A DNA stretch of 64,000 bases from an uncultured Candidatus Saccharibacteria bacterium. Its GTDB lineage: Bacteria; Patescibacteriota; Doudnabacteria; UBA920. The stretch is from the NCBI GenBank assembly GCA_964612745.1, contig CAZTCH010000001.1, positions 6,074 through 70,073 of the forward strand. The letters are read 5' to 3'. Below, piece after piece: positions 1 through 8,995 of this stretch; position 1 is the stretch's first letter, and every line of letters starts with the position of its first letter. The notes under the pieces were generated by a model, which saw only the letters and a list, made by a program, of their open reading frames with translations, was not told the DNA's origin and searched no databases. Both the position numbers and the translations under genes were made by a program.

Positions 1-408
1 CACAAGGGATGGAGCGAAAAGATTCACAGAACTGGGGTGCGCTAGTGAGATGGTTCCGGTAAGTGCTTTATATTGTGTGAGTTGCTCTTCTAGTTCCGCG
101 AGTAGTATCTGTGTTTGTTCTGGTGTAAGAGCGTCTTTTTCTGTCCACTCAAGGGATATGTGGTACCCTTTGGCGGGTTGCCAAATTATGTATTCTGCAT
201 ATTCTTTTGGGATATGGGAAGAAAGCCACGTATAGATTTCTGCTTGAACGACAGGCGGTACCTCTAAAAGAACTCCAAAAGTAGTAAGCTTTTGTTTTTC
301 TGGAGAAACGACAACTACGTTGGTGTCTTGGATTTTGGCCCAGTGAGTTGCGAGGCTCTTGTCCCATTCCGTATCTAGTTGGTAGCTGTTAGTAGTGGGG
401 GTTGTCAT
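1..408 (-). CDS. hypothetical protein, partial (C-terminus beyond window edge); possibly 2H-phosphoesterase-like (single H-x-S-x motif GYHISL)
   Basis: Manual minus-strand translation from ATG (~408..406) reads MTTPTTNSYQLDTEWDKSLATHWAKIQDT...GYHISLEWTEKDALTPEQ... with no stop to position 1. It is absent from the ORF track because no stop lies in the window. It starts 3 nt after the malic enzyme stop. Confidence 0.4.
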   Translation of the reverse strand, partial: MTTPTTNSYQLDTEWDKSLATHWAKIQDTNVVVVSPEKQKLTTFGVLLEVPPVVQAEIYTWLSSHIPKEYAEYIIWQPAKGYHISLEWTEKDALTPEQTQILLAELEEQLTQYKALTGTISLAHPSSVNLFAPSLV

Positions 409-410
409 AA

Positions 411-1544
411 TTACCGTATCGCGTTTGCAATAGTACTCACGACATTAGGATTAAATGGAGAGGGGAGTATTTCTTCTGGTGTTGGTTGTTCAACTAATTT
501 CGCAAGTGCTTCTGCTGCTTGGGTGAGCATGGTGTCGGTAATTTGGGTGACGGCATTGTCGAGTGCACCACGAAAGATACCAGGGAATGCGAGAACGTTG
601 TTGATTTGGTTTGGGAAATCACTTCTGCCTGTTGCTACAATAAACGCTCCTGCCTCGAGCGCTTCCTGTGGTAGTATTTCTGGAGCGGGATTGGCGAGTG
701 CGAAAATGATTGGTCGTTCTGCCATTTTGCGTACCATGTCTGGGGTCAAGAGTCCTGCTTTGCTAACTCCAATAAAGACATGGGCACTAGCAATAGCTGT
801 TTCCAGACCACCAGAAAGTTGCTTGGGGTTTGTTTTTTGTGCGAGGTGGAGTTTTTCTTCGGTAAGGTCGGTGCGGGAAGTGGTGATAATGCCATGACTG
901 TCTACCACAAGCAGTTGGGTAAAACCGTAGAGACACAAGAGCTCTGCAATGGCGGACCCTGCAGCGCCTGCACCGTTAATAACTATTTGTGCGGTGTGTT
1001 TGTCTAACCCACGAAGCTGTAGGCTGTTGATAAGTGCGGCTAATACTACAACTGCTGTGCCGTGTTGGTCGTCGTGCATAACAGGGATGGCTAGCTCTGC
1101 TTTTAACCGCCGCTCTATTTCAAAGCATCTCGGAGCTGCTATGTCTTCTAGGTTTATTCCACCAAATACTGGTGCAATATTTTTGATGGTCGCAATAATT
1201 CTCTCTGTATCTTGTGTGTCTAAACAGAGGGGGAATGCATCTATGTCTGCGAACTCTTTGAATAATGCGCATTTGCCTTCCATGACTGGCAGTCCGGCGA
1301 GCGCGCCAATATTGCCTAAACCGAGTACTGCTGATCCATCTGTAATAACCGCAATAGTATTGCGTTTGAGTGTGTACTCACGGGCTTCTGCGGGGTCTTG
1401 CCGGATAACTTCGCACACTGCAGCGACGCCAGGGGTATAGGCAGTCGCTAAATCTTCCTTAGTTTTTAGAGGGACTTTGACCGAAGTGCTAATTTTGCCG
1501 TGGTTGGTCTTATGGAGCTCGAGCGCAGCTTTGTTATAGTCCAT
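411..1544 (-). CDS. NAD(P)-dependent malic enzyme (short ~380 aa form)
   Basis: 377 aa with a malic-enzyme Rossmann motif (INGAGAAGSAIAELL) and typical N-terminal TPGVAAVCEVI and VITDGSAVLGLGNIG blocks. Confidence 0.85.
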   Translation of the reverse strand: MDYNKAALELHKTNHGKISTSVKVPLKTKEDLATAYTPGVAAVCEVIRQDPAEAREYTLKRNTIAVITDGSAVLGLGNIGALAGLPVMEGKCALFKEFADIDAFPLCLDTQDTERIIATIKNIAPVFGGINLEDIAAPRCFEIERRLKAELAIPVMHDDQHGTAVVVLAALINSLQLRGLDKHTAQIVINGAGAAGSAIAELLCLYGFTQLLVVDSHGIITTSRTDLTEEKLHLAQKTNPKQLSGGLETAIASAHVFIGVSKAGLLTPDMVRKMAERPIIFALANPAPEILPQEALEAGAFIVATGRSDFPNQINNVLAFPGIFRGALDNAVTQITDTMLTQAAEALAKLVEQPTPEEILPSPFNPNVVSTIANAIR

Positions 1545-1552
1545 GAATATAG

Positions 1553-2215
1553 TTATTTAGCCAATGCTTCTTCTATTTTTTGCTTTGCAGCGGCAAGACC
1601 GCCGTTGTAAATTTGTTCACCGTTTACGTAGAACGTAGGTGTGCCTGGGTTGCCAAGTGCGCTACCGTCTGTTTCATCTTGGTTAATCCGACCTCTGCTG
1701 GATTGGCCGACAAGGGCTTTGTCAAATTTTTCTTCATCTAGTCCAACTGCTTTTGCCATGGTGCGGAAGACTGGTTTTGGATCGCCGAGAGTTTCCCATT
1801 CTGGTTGCTTGGCGTACAAGAGGTCTAACATTTCCCAGAACTTTCCTTGTGCGCCTGCTGCTTCTACTGCATCGGCAGCAACTTTTGCGTTTTTGTGTTG
1901 TGGGAGTGGGTAATGTCTGAATACAAATTTAACTCTATCTCCGTATTCTTTGAATAGTTCGTTTACACTTGGGTTTATTGCTGCACAGGCAGGGCATTGC
2001 ACATCTGCAAATTCAACAAAAGTTACGGCGCTATCGAGCTTGCCACGGACATTCGGCGTTTCTCGATTAATCGCTTCTTCCTTTGTTTTCGGATCGGTTG
2101 TTGCAGTTGGGTTGGTGTAGTTCTGTGGTGAGCGGAGCATGAGCACAATGCCCACACCGAGGACAACAAGAACAATTGCGAGAATCATACCGACAAGTTT
2201 TGCTTCTTTAGTCAT
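1553..2215 (-). CDS. DsbA-family thiol:disulfide oxidoreductase, membrane anchored
   Basis: CPAC active-site motif in a thioredoxin-like context (FADVQCPACAA) with an N-terminal TM helix. The ORF-track start at 2290 lies inside a dispersed low-complexity repeat, so the ATG at 2215 (MTKEAK...) is preferred. Confidence 0.7.
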   Translation of the reverse strand: MTKEAKLVGMILAIVLVVLGVGIVLMLRSPQNYTNPTATTDPKTKEEAINRETPNVRGKLDSAVTFVEFADVQCPACAAINPSVNELFKEYGDRVKFVFRHYPLPQHKNAKVAADAVEAAGAQGKFWEMLDLLYAKQPEWETLGDPKPVFRTMAKAVGLDEEKFDKALVGQSSRGRINQDETDGSALGNPGTPTFYVNGEQIYNGGLAAAKQKIEEALAK

Positions 2216-2460
2216 AAGTGTAGAGAGAAGAATTAGTAAAAATAGAAGAGTTAGAAGAAATAGCCCCGATACTGCATCGGGACCCCGCAAAGTGCGGGGA
2301 GAATAGAAAGTGGGGAGAGCTTTTTAGCTTCCAAGCTTTCTAGCTGTTAGCTTTTAGGAATTAGGGGGTAGGGAGTAGCAATGCAAAATCCACAAAAGTG
2401 GTTTTTCTATTCTACTCTCTATTCTCTACCCTCTATCCGTCCGTTCGACGTTAAGACCTG
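2216..2460. repeat. modular low-complexity intergenic repeat (AG/CT-rich blocks + AGCTTTTTAGCTT block + GGAATTAGGGGGTAGGG block + CTCTACTCTCTATTCTC block)
   Basis: Shares blocks with 13521-13556, 36875-37010 and 42822-42895. It also encodes the spurious N-terminal 25 aa of the ORF-track DsbA ORF. Confidence 0.75.
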
Positions 2461-2480
2461 AAGACGTTCGACTGCTTTCT

Positions 2481-2924
2481 TTATTCTGGTTTTTGCACCG
2501 TACGGCGGAAGAGTAGTAGGAGTACTGTAATTCCGAGGAAACCAAGTGCTGCGAGCAATGGTATGGTCACGAATCCACCCCATTCAATGAACTTTGTAGT
2601 ACAGGAAACACCTGCGACACAAGGAGCTGCTGCTTCGGGTAAAATTTCGTAGTATAGCAGGTTGTGGTACAGGGCAATTCCGAGTCCCACAAGGGAGAAT
2701 GGTAGTGCGTAGCGAAACACAGATCGGTCTTTCGTGGCAATGCCTACTGCGAGAATGGCGACGAGGGGGTACATGCAAATGCGCTGGTACCAGCAGAGCA
2801 CGCAGGGTGGGTAGTTGGCGATTTCACTAAAATACAGACTGCCAAGCATGCCTATAATACTGCCTACCCATGCCAAGAGTAAATAGCCCAATGGCCATGG
2901 TTTTTGTTGTGATTGTATATCCAT
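2481..2924 (-). CDS. disulfide bond formation protein B (DsbB/BdbC-like)
   Basis: 147-aa 4-TM protein with paired Cys motifs (PPCVLCWYQRICMYP and APCVAGVSCTT). It sits adjacent to the DsbA-like gene. Confidence 0.7.
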   Translation of the reverse strand: MDIQSQQKPWPLGYLLLAWVGSIIGMLGSLYFSEIANYPPCVLCWYQRICMYPLVAILAVGIATKDRSVFRYALPFSLVGLGIALYHNLLYYEILPEAAAPCVAGVSCTTKFIEWGGFVTIPLLAALGFLGITVLLLLFRRTVQKPE

Positions 2925-2973
2925 ATAGATATTGTATCACGAAGCGTTTGGTGTTTGTTTGGCCCTAAAACGA

Positions 2974-4383
2974 CTAGTTTTGAGTCTCTGGAACCGATTG
3001 GGAGATGATTTGTTTGTACGTAAAAGCGCTGGGTCTGATGGTGCGAGCTTGGTTGTTTGCGTAATCTACAGCAACAAGTCCAAACCTTGGCCAGAAACCT
3101 TTATCCCATTCGAAGTTGTCCAGAAGTGACCAGGTAAAATACCCACGGACATCTGCACCAGTTTGTAGAGCTTGTTGTACCCAAAAGATGTGGTCAGAAA
3201 TATATGCTGCTCGTAAAGTATCTTGCGCATCTGCAATCCCATTTTCTGTAATATAGATCGGTTTATTGTAACGTTGCGTTGTCTGCATGATTAGCTCGTA
3301 TATGCCATGTGGGTAGACTTCCCAGCCCATGTCGCTCTGTATTGGGGCATTAGGGTCTGGAAAGTTTCGTATCGACACACCATTTTTTCGGTTGAGTGAG
3401 ACTGCGTATTGCATTGGTCCGTAATACTGAATGCCAATAAAGTCCGAATAGTCCTTGGTTGCATCAAGAAATTTCCAATTGGCAAAACCATCAAGATACT
3501 GTTGTGCAAGAGTATTTAGTGCGGTTGCTGGTGCTGCACGTCCTAGTTGCATAGCATGCGTGCTCCCGACTTGCGCGGCTGTATTTTTAGAGTGAATAGC
3601 AGTGTAGGCTTGTTTGTGTGCTTCCATCATGCGCGCAAAGGCCTGATTACCTAAGCGGATACTGCGTTGTTCTGGTGGGATGATTCCTTGGACATATCCT
3701 CCACCAATGTGTAGTTCTGGTTCATTAAACGTCATGTAGTAGGTCACTTGCGAGCCAAATGTCTCTGCGACTTTTGTAGCAAATCGCGTAAAATCGCCCA
3801 CTGTTTTTTCGTTTGTCCATTCGCCTTGATCTGCAATCCAAGTGGGCTGAGTTCGGTGCCATAGTGTGACAAACGGTTCAATGCCCGCTGCTTTGAGTTC
3901 TGAAACAAAAGTCTGATAGTGGTTTAGTGCAGCGGTGTCAAATACTCCATCTGCAGGTTCAATCCGTGACCACTCGACTGAAAAACGATAGGCGGTTAGC
4001 CCGAGCTTTTTCATAATTGCAATGTCTTCCGGGTAACGATGTAACTGGTCCGCTGCTGTTCCAGAAATGTAGTTACTGCTTTCGCTCGCCGTTGCTGAAA
4101 ACAAGCCCCAACGGGGGGTGTTGCTAAATTTGTCCTCAGCCCCAGCAGCGAGCTGCTCAGCATGTGCTTGTTCCCACTGTGTCCAGTCATTGGAGGTGGA
4201 ACCTTCTACTTGGTGGGCAGAGGTGCTTGCTCCCCATAAAAACGAAGTGGGGAGGCGCAGATCTGTTACGGAATATGCTGGGGTCGGGATTTTCTTTCGT
4301 GTAGGGAGTGGTACAGTACAGGCGAGGATTACGAGTAGTATGATTGTGAGAGCGAAGCGGGGTATAAATGAGCGAATATGCAT
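2974..4383 (-). CDS. glycoside hydrolase family 1 beta-glucosidase, N-terminal membrane anchor/signal
   Basis: GH1 catalytic motifs TFNEP (acid/base) and ITENG (nucleophile). 469 aa. Confidence 0.85.
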   Translation of the reverse strand: MHIRSFIPRFALTIILLVILACTVPLPTRKKIPTPAYSVTDLRLPTSFLWGASTSAHQVEGSTSNDWTQWEQAHAEQLAAGAEDKFSNTPRWGLFSATASESSNYISGTAADQLHRYPEDIAIMKKLGLTAYRFSVEWSRIEPADGVFDTAALNHYQTFVSELKAAGIEPFVTLWHRTQPTWIADQGEWTNEKTVGDFTRFATKVAETFGSQVTYYMTFNEPELHIGGGYVQGIIPPEQRSIRLGNQAFARMMEAHKQAYTAIHSKNTAAQVGSTHAMQLGRAAPATALNTLAQQYLDGFANWKFLDATKDYSDFIGIQYYGPMQYAVSLNRKNGVSIRNFPDPNAPIQSDMGWEVYPHGIYELIMQTTQRYNKPIYITENGIADAQDTLRAAYISDHIFWVQQALQTGADVRGYFTWSLLDNFEWDKGFWPRFGLVAVDYANNQARTIRPSAFTYKQIISQSVPETQN

Positions 4384-4460
4384 ATGTATAGTAGTATACC
4401 AGCTCTCGGTTGGGTGCGTGAGGAATACTGTATACTAGAAGTAGTGAAAATTTAGTCTGT

Positions 4461-5831
4461 ATGAAAAAGAATACATTACAAAAAGCAGCCGAAGTGCCGG
4501 CTTCTCTGGTAGAGCGAGGTGTTGAAGATTTAAAGAAATTAGAATCTGAGCTACTGAGTAAAAAACCACTCAAAGCAGCAGAGGATTATTGGCATACGCT
4601 TGGCCCTGGTTTGACCACAGGAGCTTCGGATGATGACCCTTCGGGGATAGCGACATATTCACAAGCAGGAGCGCGGTATGGCTTCCAGCTTTCGTGGCTC
4701 GCTCTGTTTACATTTCCGCTCATGGGCGTGGTGCAAGAAATGTGCGCGCGCATTGGGCTTGTTACCGGTCGAGGCTTAGCAGCCAACATACGGATTTTCT
4801 ACTCAAAAAAAGTTCTCTACGCTGCTGCGACTTTTTTGTTCGTAGCGAATACTTTTAACATTGGGGCAGACTTGGGTGCCATGGCACAAGCAGCGCAGTT
4901 ACTTGCACCAGAAGTGAACTTCTATGTGTTTCTGATTGGGTTTGCACTTATTTCTGTGCTGTTGCAAATATTTACCACGTACGCGCGGTATGCGCGATAT
5001 TTGAAGTACTTAGCACTTGTACTCTTTTCGTATATGTTATCGGCTCTGAGTGTGCGGCTGGATTGGCACGCACTCCTCACTGCTACCATTGTTCCTTCCA
5101 TAGAATTTTCTCGAGAGCAAATACTGTTACTATGTGCTATTTTGGGCACGACTATCTCTCCGTATTTGTTTTTTTGGCAAACCTCCCAAGAAGTAGAAGA
5201 AGAAATTTTGAAGGGCGAGAAAACTATTGCAGCGAGACAACGTTCGGTGACACCAAAAGAAATTTCTCGTATGCGGACGGATGTGTGGTCCGGTATGTTT
5301 ATTTCTAACTTGGTCATGTTCTTTATTATTGCTGCGTGTGCAGCGACTCTGTTTGCGTCTGGTGTGACCAATATAGAAACAGCAGCAGATGCAGCAGCAG
5401 CGCTCAAACCTATTGCAGGGAACGCAGCGTATTGGTTTTTTGCACTGGGTATAATTGGAACAGGTATGTTAGCAATCCCTGTGTTGGCTGGGGCGAGTTC
5501 GTACGCTTTGGCAGAAAGTTTTGGTTGGCGACAGGGACTCTACCGAACATTGGACCAAGCAAAAGCTTTTTATGGGGTGATTATAATTGCTATGGTGCTC
5601 GGCGTACTTATGAATATGACAGGCATTGATCCTGTAAAAGCACTTATATATTCCGCAGTGTTAAATGGAGTTATAGCAGCCCCAATTTTAGCGCTTATTG
5701 TGCGGTTGAGTAGTAGTAAGCGAGTAATGGGAGACTACAAAAATGCACGGTGGCGTACTGCGGTGGGCTGGCTTACGGTAGCGCTTATGGCGGTTTCTGG
5801 TATTGCAGCGTTGGCTACTTTGGTTATTTAA
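4461..5831 (+). CDS. mntH: Nramp-family divalent metal (Mn2+/Fe2+) transporter
   Basis: GPGLTTGASDDDPSGIATYSQAGA and MCARIGLVTGRGLA Nramp signature blocks. Multi-TM, 456 aa. Confidence 0.75.
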   Translation: MKKNTLQKAAEVPASLVERGVEDLKKLESELLSKKPLKAAEDYWHTLGPGLTTGASDDDPSGIATYSQAGARYGFQLSWLALFTFPLMGVVQEMCARIGLVTGRGLAANIRIFYSKKVLYAAATFLFVANTFNIGADLGAMAQAAQLLAPEVNFYVFLIGFALISVLLQIFTTYARYARYLKYLALVLFSYMLSALSVRLDWHALLTATIVPSIEFSREQILLLCAILGTTISPYLFFWQTSQEVEEEILKGEKTIAARQRSVTPKEISRMRTDVWSGMFISNLVMFFIIAACAATLFASGVTNIETAADAAAALKPIAGNAAYWFFALGIIGTGMLAIPVLAGASSYALAESFGWRQGLYRTLDQAKAFYGVIIIAMVLGVLMNMTGIDPVKALIYSAVLNGVIAAPILALIVRLSSSKRVMGDYKNARWRTAVGWLTVALMAVSGIAALATLVI

Positions 5832-5851
5832 AGAAATTGTTGAGTTATGTG

Positions 5852-5893
5852 AAAAAGGGTAACCCTTTCCGATGCGAAAGGGATACCCTTTTC
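5852..5893. terminator. bidirectional hairpin terminator between convergent mntH-like and truB genes
   Basis: aaaaagggtaaccctttccgatgcgaaagggatacccttttc. It shares the AAAAGGGTAACCC arm with the hairpin at 36791-36830. Confidence 0.6.
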
Positions 5894-5900
5894 TTTTAGT

Positions 5901-6698
5901 TTAGAGTTGGTAGTTGCCAACGTGAGTGCGAACGAGCTGGTAGATGCACGCACCAGTGCCCAGCTTTGCCCCTAATTCATGAACGAGTGAGCGAATGTAC
6001 GTACCACTTTGGCAATGTACTGTAAACGTTATGGTGGTGAATGGCTTTTGCGGTGATTGCAAAAGGGCGTCCCACGTCCCGAGTATATCTGCTTGTCTAA
6101 AATCTCCGTGTACGCGGGGAATATAGGTGTGCAGGCGTGTAGAAAGTTCGCTCGGCTCTATGGTGTTGAAGTGCGGTGTGGAGATGTTTGTTATGTGAGT
6201 AGTGCGCAATGGCGCAATGTGCACAGTTGGTTGTTTTCGTGCCCACCAAAACAGTGGTTTACCTTGGTGAGGAGGAGAACTGAACGGGGGAAGGGGGAGG
6301 GTGGTAGTGCCGACAAGTGATTGCAGAACAGGAGTTGCTTGAGCAAGTAATTGACCAGAATTGTCCAGAATTGACATTGAATGACCAGAATTGAAAACAG
6401 GCATACCAAGAAGGTCGTAGGAATCAGTGGCAATGCCGAGAAGGGCGGTAACAGTGTAGATTTTATCTAACCCTAAGAACTCTGGTTTTTTGTGAACCAT
6501 GTCTCCTGCCAGCACAAGCAGTAACCCTTCTGCCATAGGATCAAGCCTCCCTGCGTACGTGAGCAAAGTATTAGCGAGTGTTGGTTGTTGTAGTCTGAGT
6601 TCATCCAATGTTTGTAACGGGGTTTGTCCTGCGGGCTTGTAGACGCCCCAGACACCAGAAGAAAACTCTTGGCTTTGTAATAACGTGGTTGTGTCCAT
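5901..6698 (-). CDS. truB: tRNA pseudouridine(55) synthase TruB
   Basis: GVWGVYKPAGQT and GRLDPMAEGLLLV motifs (TruB catalytic Asp block). Contains an in-frame tandem nucleotide repeat at 6350-6395. Confidence 0.8.
   Translation of the reverse strand: MDTTTLLQSQEFSSGVWGVYKPAGQTPLQTLDELRLQQPTLANTLLTYAGRLDPMAEGLLLVLAGDMVHKKPEFLGLDKIYTVTALLGIATDSYDLLGMPVFNSGHSMSILDNSGQLLAQATPVLQSLVGTTTLPLPPFSSPPHQGKPLFWWARKQPTVHIAPLRTTHITNISTPHFNTIEPSELSTRLHTYIPRVHGDFRQADILGTWDALLQSPQKPFTTITFTVHCQSGTYIRSLVHELGAKLGTGACIYQLVRTHVGNYQL
6350..6395. repeat. short in-frame tandem repeat (ccagaattg-like units) inside truB
   Basis: gaccagaattgtccagaattgacattgaatgaccagaattg encodes the reiterated NSGQ/NSGH peptide segment. 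Confidence 0.6.
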
Positions 6699-6716
6699 GA
6701 AAAGATGGCTGGTGGC

Positions 6717-7694
6717 TTACGTGGTGGCGAAGTACACAAAATAAATTGCCTGTGCAATAACAAAGAGTGTGTATACGGACAAGAGTAGGTAGCCCTCTTT
6801 TCTGCTAATGTCCGTTTTGGATTTTGCTGCAATAAAAAATGCGATAAATCCTGCCACAGTGAGTGCCGCAGTGGCTTGAAATTCGCGTGCTTCGAGGTTG
6901 AAGTTACCATTTACAAATGGCAGGAACGCAAAAAATACGGTATTGGCAACAGCGGAACCAAGATAATCCCCAAGGGCGATATCTTTTCGCTTTTTTAATA
7001 TAGAACGAATAGCTATAACCAGTTCTGGAACATTCGTTCCGAGCGAGAGAAGTAGTAGGCCAATGATAGAGCTCGGAACGCTGAGTGCGTTGGAAAAAAA
7101 GACGGCTTCCTGTACTAGTAAATGCCCCGCAGCAAAAATTGCAGCTGCGCCAATTACTATTTTCCCAATATCCCACATGCCGGCGTGACTCTTTTCGACA
7201 AGGCTGGACTCTAGGGCTTGGAGTACTTTAGGGGCGGCAACATTACCTTGTTTTCGGATTTGGTACAACAGCGAAACATATAACAGTAAGCAGAGCAAAC
7301 CTTCTTGACGGTTAAGGTTGCCATCGAGTACAAGGAGCACAGGGAGCGCTGCCACTACGAGTGCGAGCCCTAAATTTTTTCTGGAAAGGGTATTTTTCAG
7401 AGTGACACCTTTGCCCACAACAGCGAGAGCGGGAATGACGAGTAGTATGAGCACAAACGAAGCGCCAATGAGATTTCCGGCGGACACTTGTGGGTTACCC
7501 TCTATGCTCGCATTGACCATGACAGAAAACTCGCTAATAGAGGTAAGAAAACCGAGTAAGAAAAAAGCTACCGTAAAACCAGTTTGGTGAAATCTGCGAG
7601 CTACTTTGCTGGCAGACTCCACGAGCATACCGGCAAAAAACCAAATAACAGCAGCAGAAAAAAATAGGGTAATAATATGGGGGATGTAGTTCAT
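6717..7694 (-). CDS. Ca2+/cation antiporter (CaCA family, YrbG-like)
   Basis: Two alpha-repeat motifs (GNLIGASFVLILLV and GDYLGSAVANTVF). Multi-TM, 325 aa. Confidence 0.75.
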   Translation of the reverse strand: MNYIPHIITLFFSAAVIWFFAGMLVESASKVARRFHQTGFTVAFFLLGFLTSISEFSVMVNASIEGNPQVSAGNLIGASFVLILLVIPALAVVGKGVTLKNTLSRKNLGLALVVAALPVLLVLDGNLNRQEGLLCLLLYVSLLYQIRKQGNVAAPKVLQALESSLVEKSHAGMWDIGKIVIGAAAIFAAGHLLVQEAVFFSNALSVPSSIIGLLLLSLGTNVPELVIAIRSILKKRKDIALGDYLGSAVANTVFFAFLPFVNGNFNLEAREFQATAALTVAGFIAFFIAAKSKTDISRKEGYLLLSVYTLFVIAQAIYFVYFATT

Positions 7695-7725
7695 ACGTAT
7701 TGTGTGACTAGCGATGATTTGTCAG

Positions 7726-8238
7726 TTAGCCGAACCACTGAATATGCGCGCCAAGGGGGAGTTTGCGAATGGTGGCTCCTGCTGGGTCGGCGGATATCCA
7801 TTCAGCACCAATTTTGACTCGTAGGTGTTGGTGAATAAAGAAATTAAAAAACACCGTTTTCATTTGAATATCTTCTGGTCGAAACAAAGAGCTGGTAGTG
7901 AGTAAGGTAAACAGTAAGTAGTTTTGGGTGTTGCAGTGTGCATAGCCCGGCGCATTCCAAATTTCTTCTAAGTTCGTACGAAAGGCGAGTGGGGCGTACC
8001 AAACTGTTTGCATTCTTCCGGCCCAGTAGCGTTCTGCGACTAGTGTGTATGCAGCGAGAAGATACTCTTTTTGGGTGGGATGATTTTGTTCGAGTGACTG
8101 TACTACTTGTGTAATATTCGCCGGAACATGGGTTGGTTTACCCCACGCCCGAAAGCCCATGAAAGGAGCAGTGAGGCGTAACACAAGAAAAATAAGAAAA
8201 AAGTAACTCAGAATGCCAACTAAAAGGTATGTCCACAT
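7726..8238 (-). CDS. membrane-anchored transglutaminase-like (TGc) superfamily protein
   Basis: N-terminal TM helix. Cys, His and Asp are spaced as in the TGc core: GYAHCNTQNYLLFTLL, then HQHLRVKIGAEW, then ISADP. Confidence 0.4.
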   Translation of the reverse strand: MWTYLLVGILSYFFLIFLVLRLTAPFMGFRAWGKPTHVPANITQVVQSLEQNHPTQKEYLLAAYTLVAERYWAGRMQTVWYAPLAFRTNLEEIWNAPGYAHCNTQNYLLFTLLTTSSLFRPEDIQMKTVFFNFFIHQHLRVKIGAEWISADPAGATIRKLPLGAHIQWFG

Positions 8239-8380
8239 ATAGAATAAGTATACCAGTAGTCTCCTGCGTGCGGAGGGGTAGCCCTAGCGCTGGATCTACT
8301 TCAGGTTTATTGGCTTTTTAGAATGGTAGATCTGAGGTGTAATTCTACGAATTTTGTTTCAGGTAAGCCAATCTAGAGGA

Positions 8381-8410
8381 CACCACTTTTCACGGCCGTG
8401 AAAAGTGGTG
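8381..8410. promoter_or_regulatory. perfect 30-bp palindrome in divergent promoter region upstream of marR
   Basis: caccacttttcacggccgtgaaaagtggtg. No convergent gene runs into it, so an operator role is more likely than a terminator role. Confidence 0.4.
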
Positions 8411-8439
8411 GCTTTTGGTTGACGGGGGAAAGTAGTTGC

Positions 8440-8465
8440 TATATACTTGAGTAGTCAAGTATATA
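8440..8465. promoter_or_regulatory. perfect palindrome tatatacttga-gtag-tcaagtatata, candidate MarR operator
   Basis: Inverted repeat with TTGA/TCAA half-sites typical of winged-helix operators, about 120 nt upstream of the marR start. Confidence 0.4.
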
Positions 8466-8584
8466 CATGTGCGGGGACGGTAGAAGCTGGGTGCATGTTG
8501 GAAGCGCTGAGGTGCTCTATAGCAGTGCTACATTTGTGCGTGTGTGCGACATGTCACAGTTTAAAAAAATAATTTGTGATCACT

Positions 8585-8995
8585 ATGAAAAAACTGAATG
8601 AAAAAATTGCTTTTATGTTTTTGCTTGCCAAAGCAGAAGCAGCTGCTTCTCGCAGATTAAGTGGACAAGGGTTGAGCCTCGCGGACTTGGCGGTGCTACA
8701 TGCGATTGCGGTTTCGCCAGAGGGTAAAGCACGGCGGACCGATTTAGCAGATGCAGTTGGTTTGACTGCGTCTGGGGTAACACGTTTGCTGTTGCCACTC
8801 GAGAAAATTGGTGTCGTAGCACGCGAATCGGCAGAGCTGGATGCACGCGTGAGTTTTGTGGTGCTTACCAAAGCAGGGAAGCAACTTCTGCAAGATGTCC
8901 TGACATGGACGGAGTTTAAAGTAGAAGATATGCTCCCAGATGTAGATGCAAAAAAGCTGGATATTGCCACGCATCTCTTGAAAAAAATTGCGTAG
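8585..8995 (+). CDS. MarR-family transcriptional regulator
   Basis: Winged-HTH pattern (LSLADLAVLHAIAVSPEGKARRTDLADAVGLTASGVTRLL). An alternative GTG start lies at 8576. Overlaps the downstream ABC gene by 8 nt. Confidence 0.75.
   Translation: MKKLNEKIAFMFLLAKAEAAASRRLSGQGLSLADLAVLHAIAVSPEGKARRTDLADAVGLTASGVTRLLLPLEKIGVVARESAELDARVSFVVLTKAGKQLLQDVLTWTEFKVEDMLPDVDAKKLDIATHLLKKIA

Noticed and set aside
1553-2290. Full-length ORF-track start for DsbA at 2290, and for several other genes (13980, 26921, 35736, 50859, 53979, 60791, 63521)
   Set aside because: The upstream extensions are encoded by dispersed repeats, terminator hairpins or promoter elements. An internal ATG with a -10 box or SD gives a protein matching family N-termini.
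4118-4573. ORFs 4118..4438 (+) and 4187..4573 (-) overlapping the GH1 5' end and the mntH start
   Set aside because: They are alternate or antisense frames of confident genes. No supporting signals.
8554-8974. ORFs 8554..8970 (-), 8613..8846 (-) and 8744..8974 (-) antisense to marR
   Set aside because: They are antisense frames of a well-supported MarR gene.
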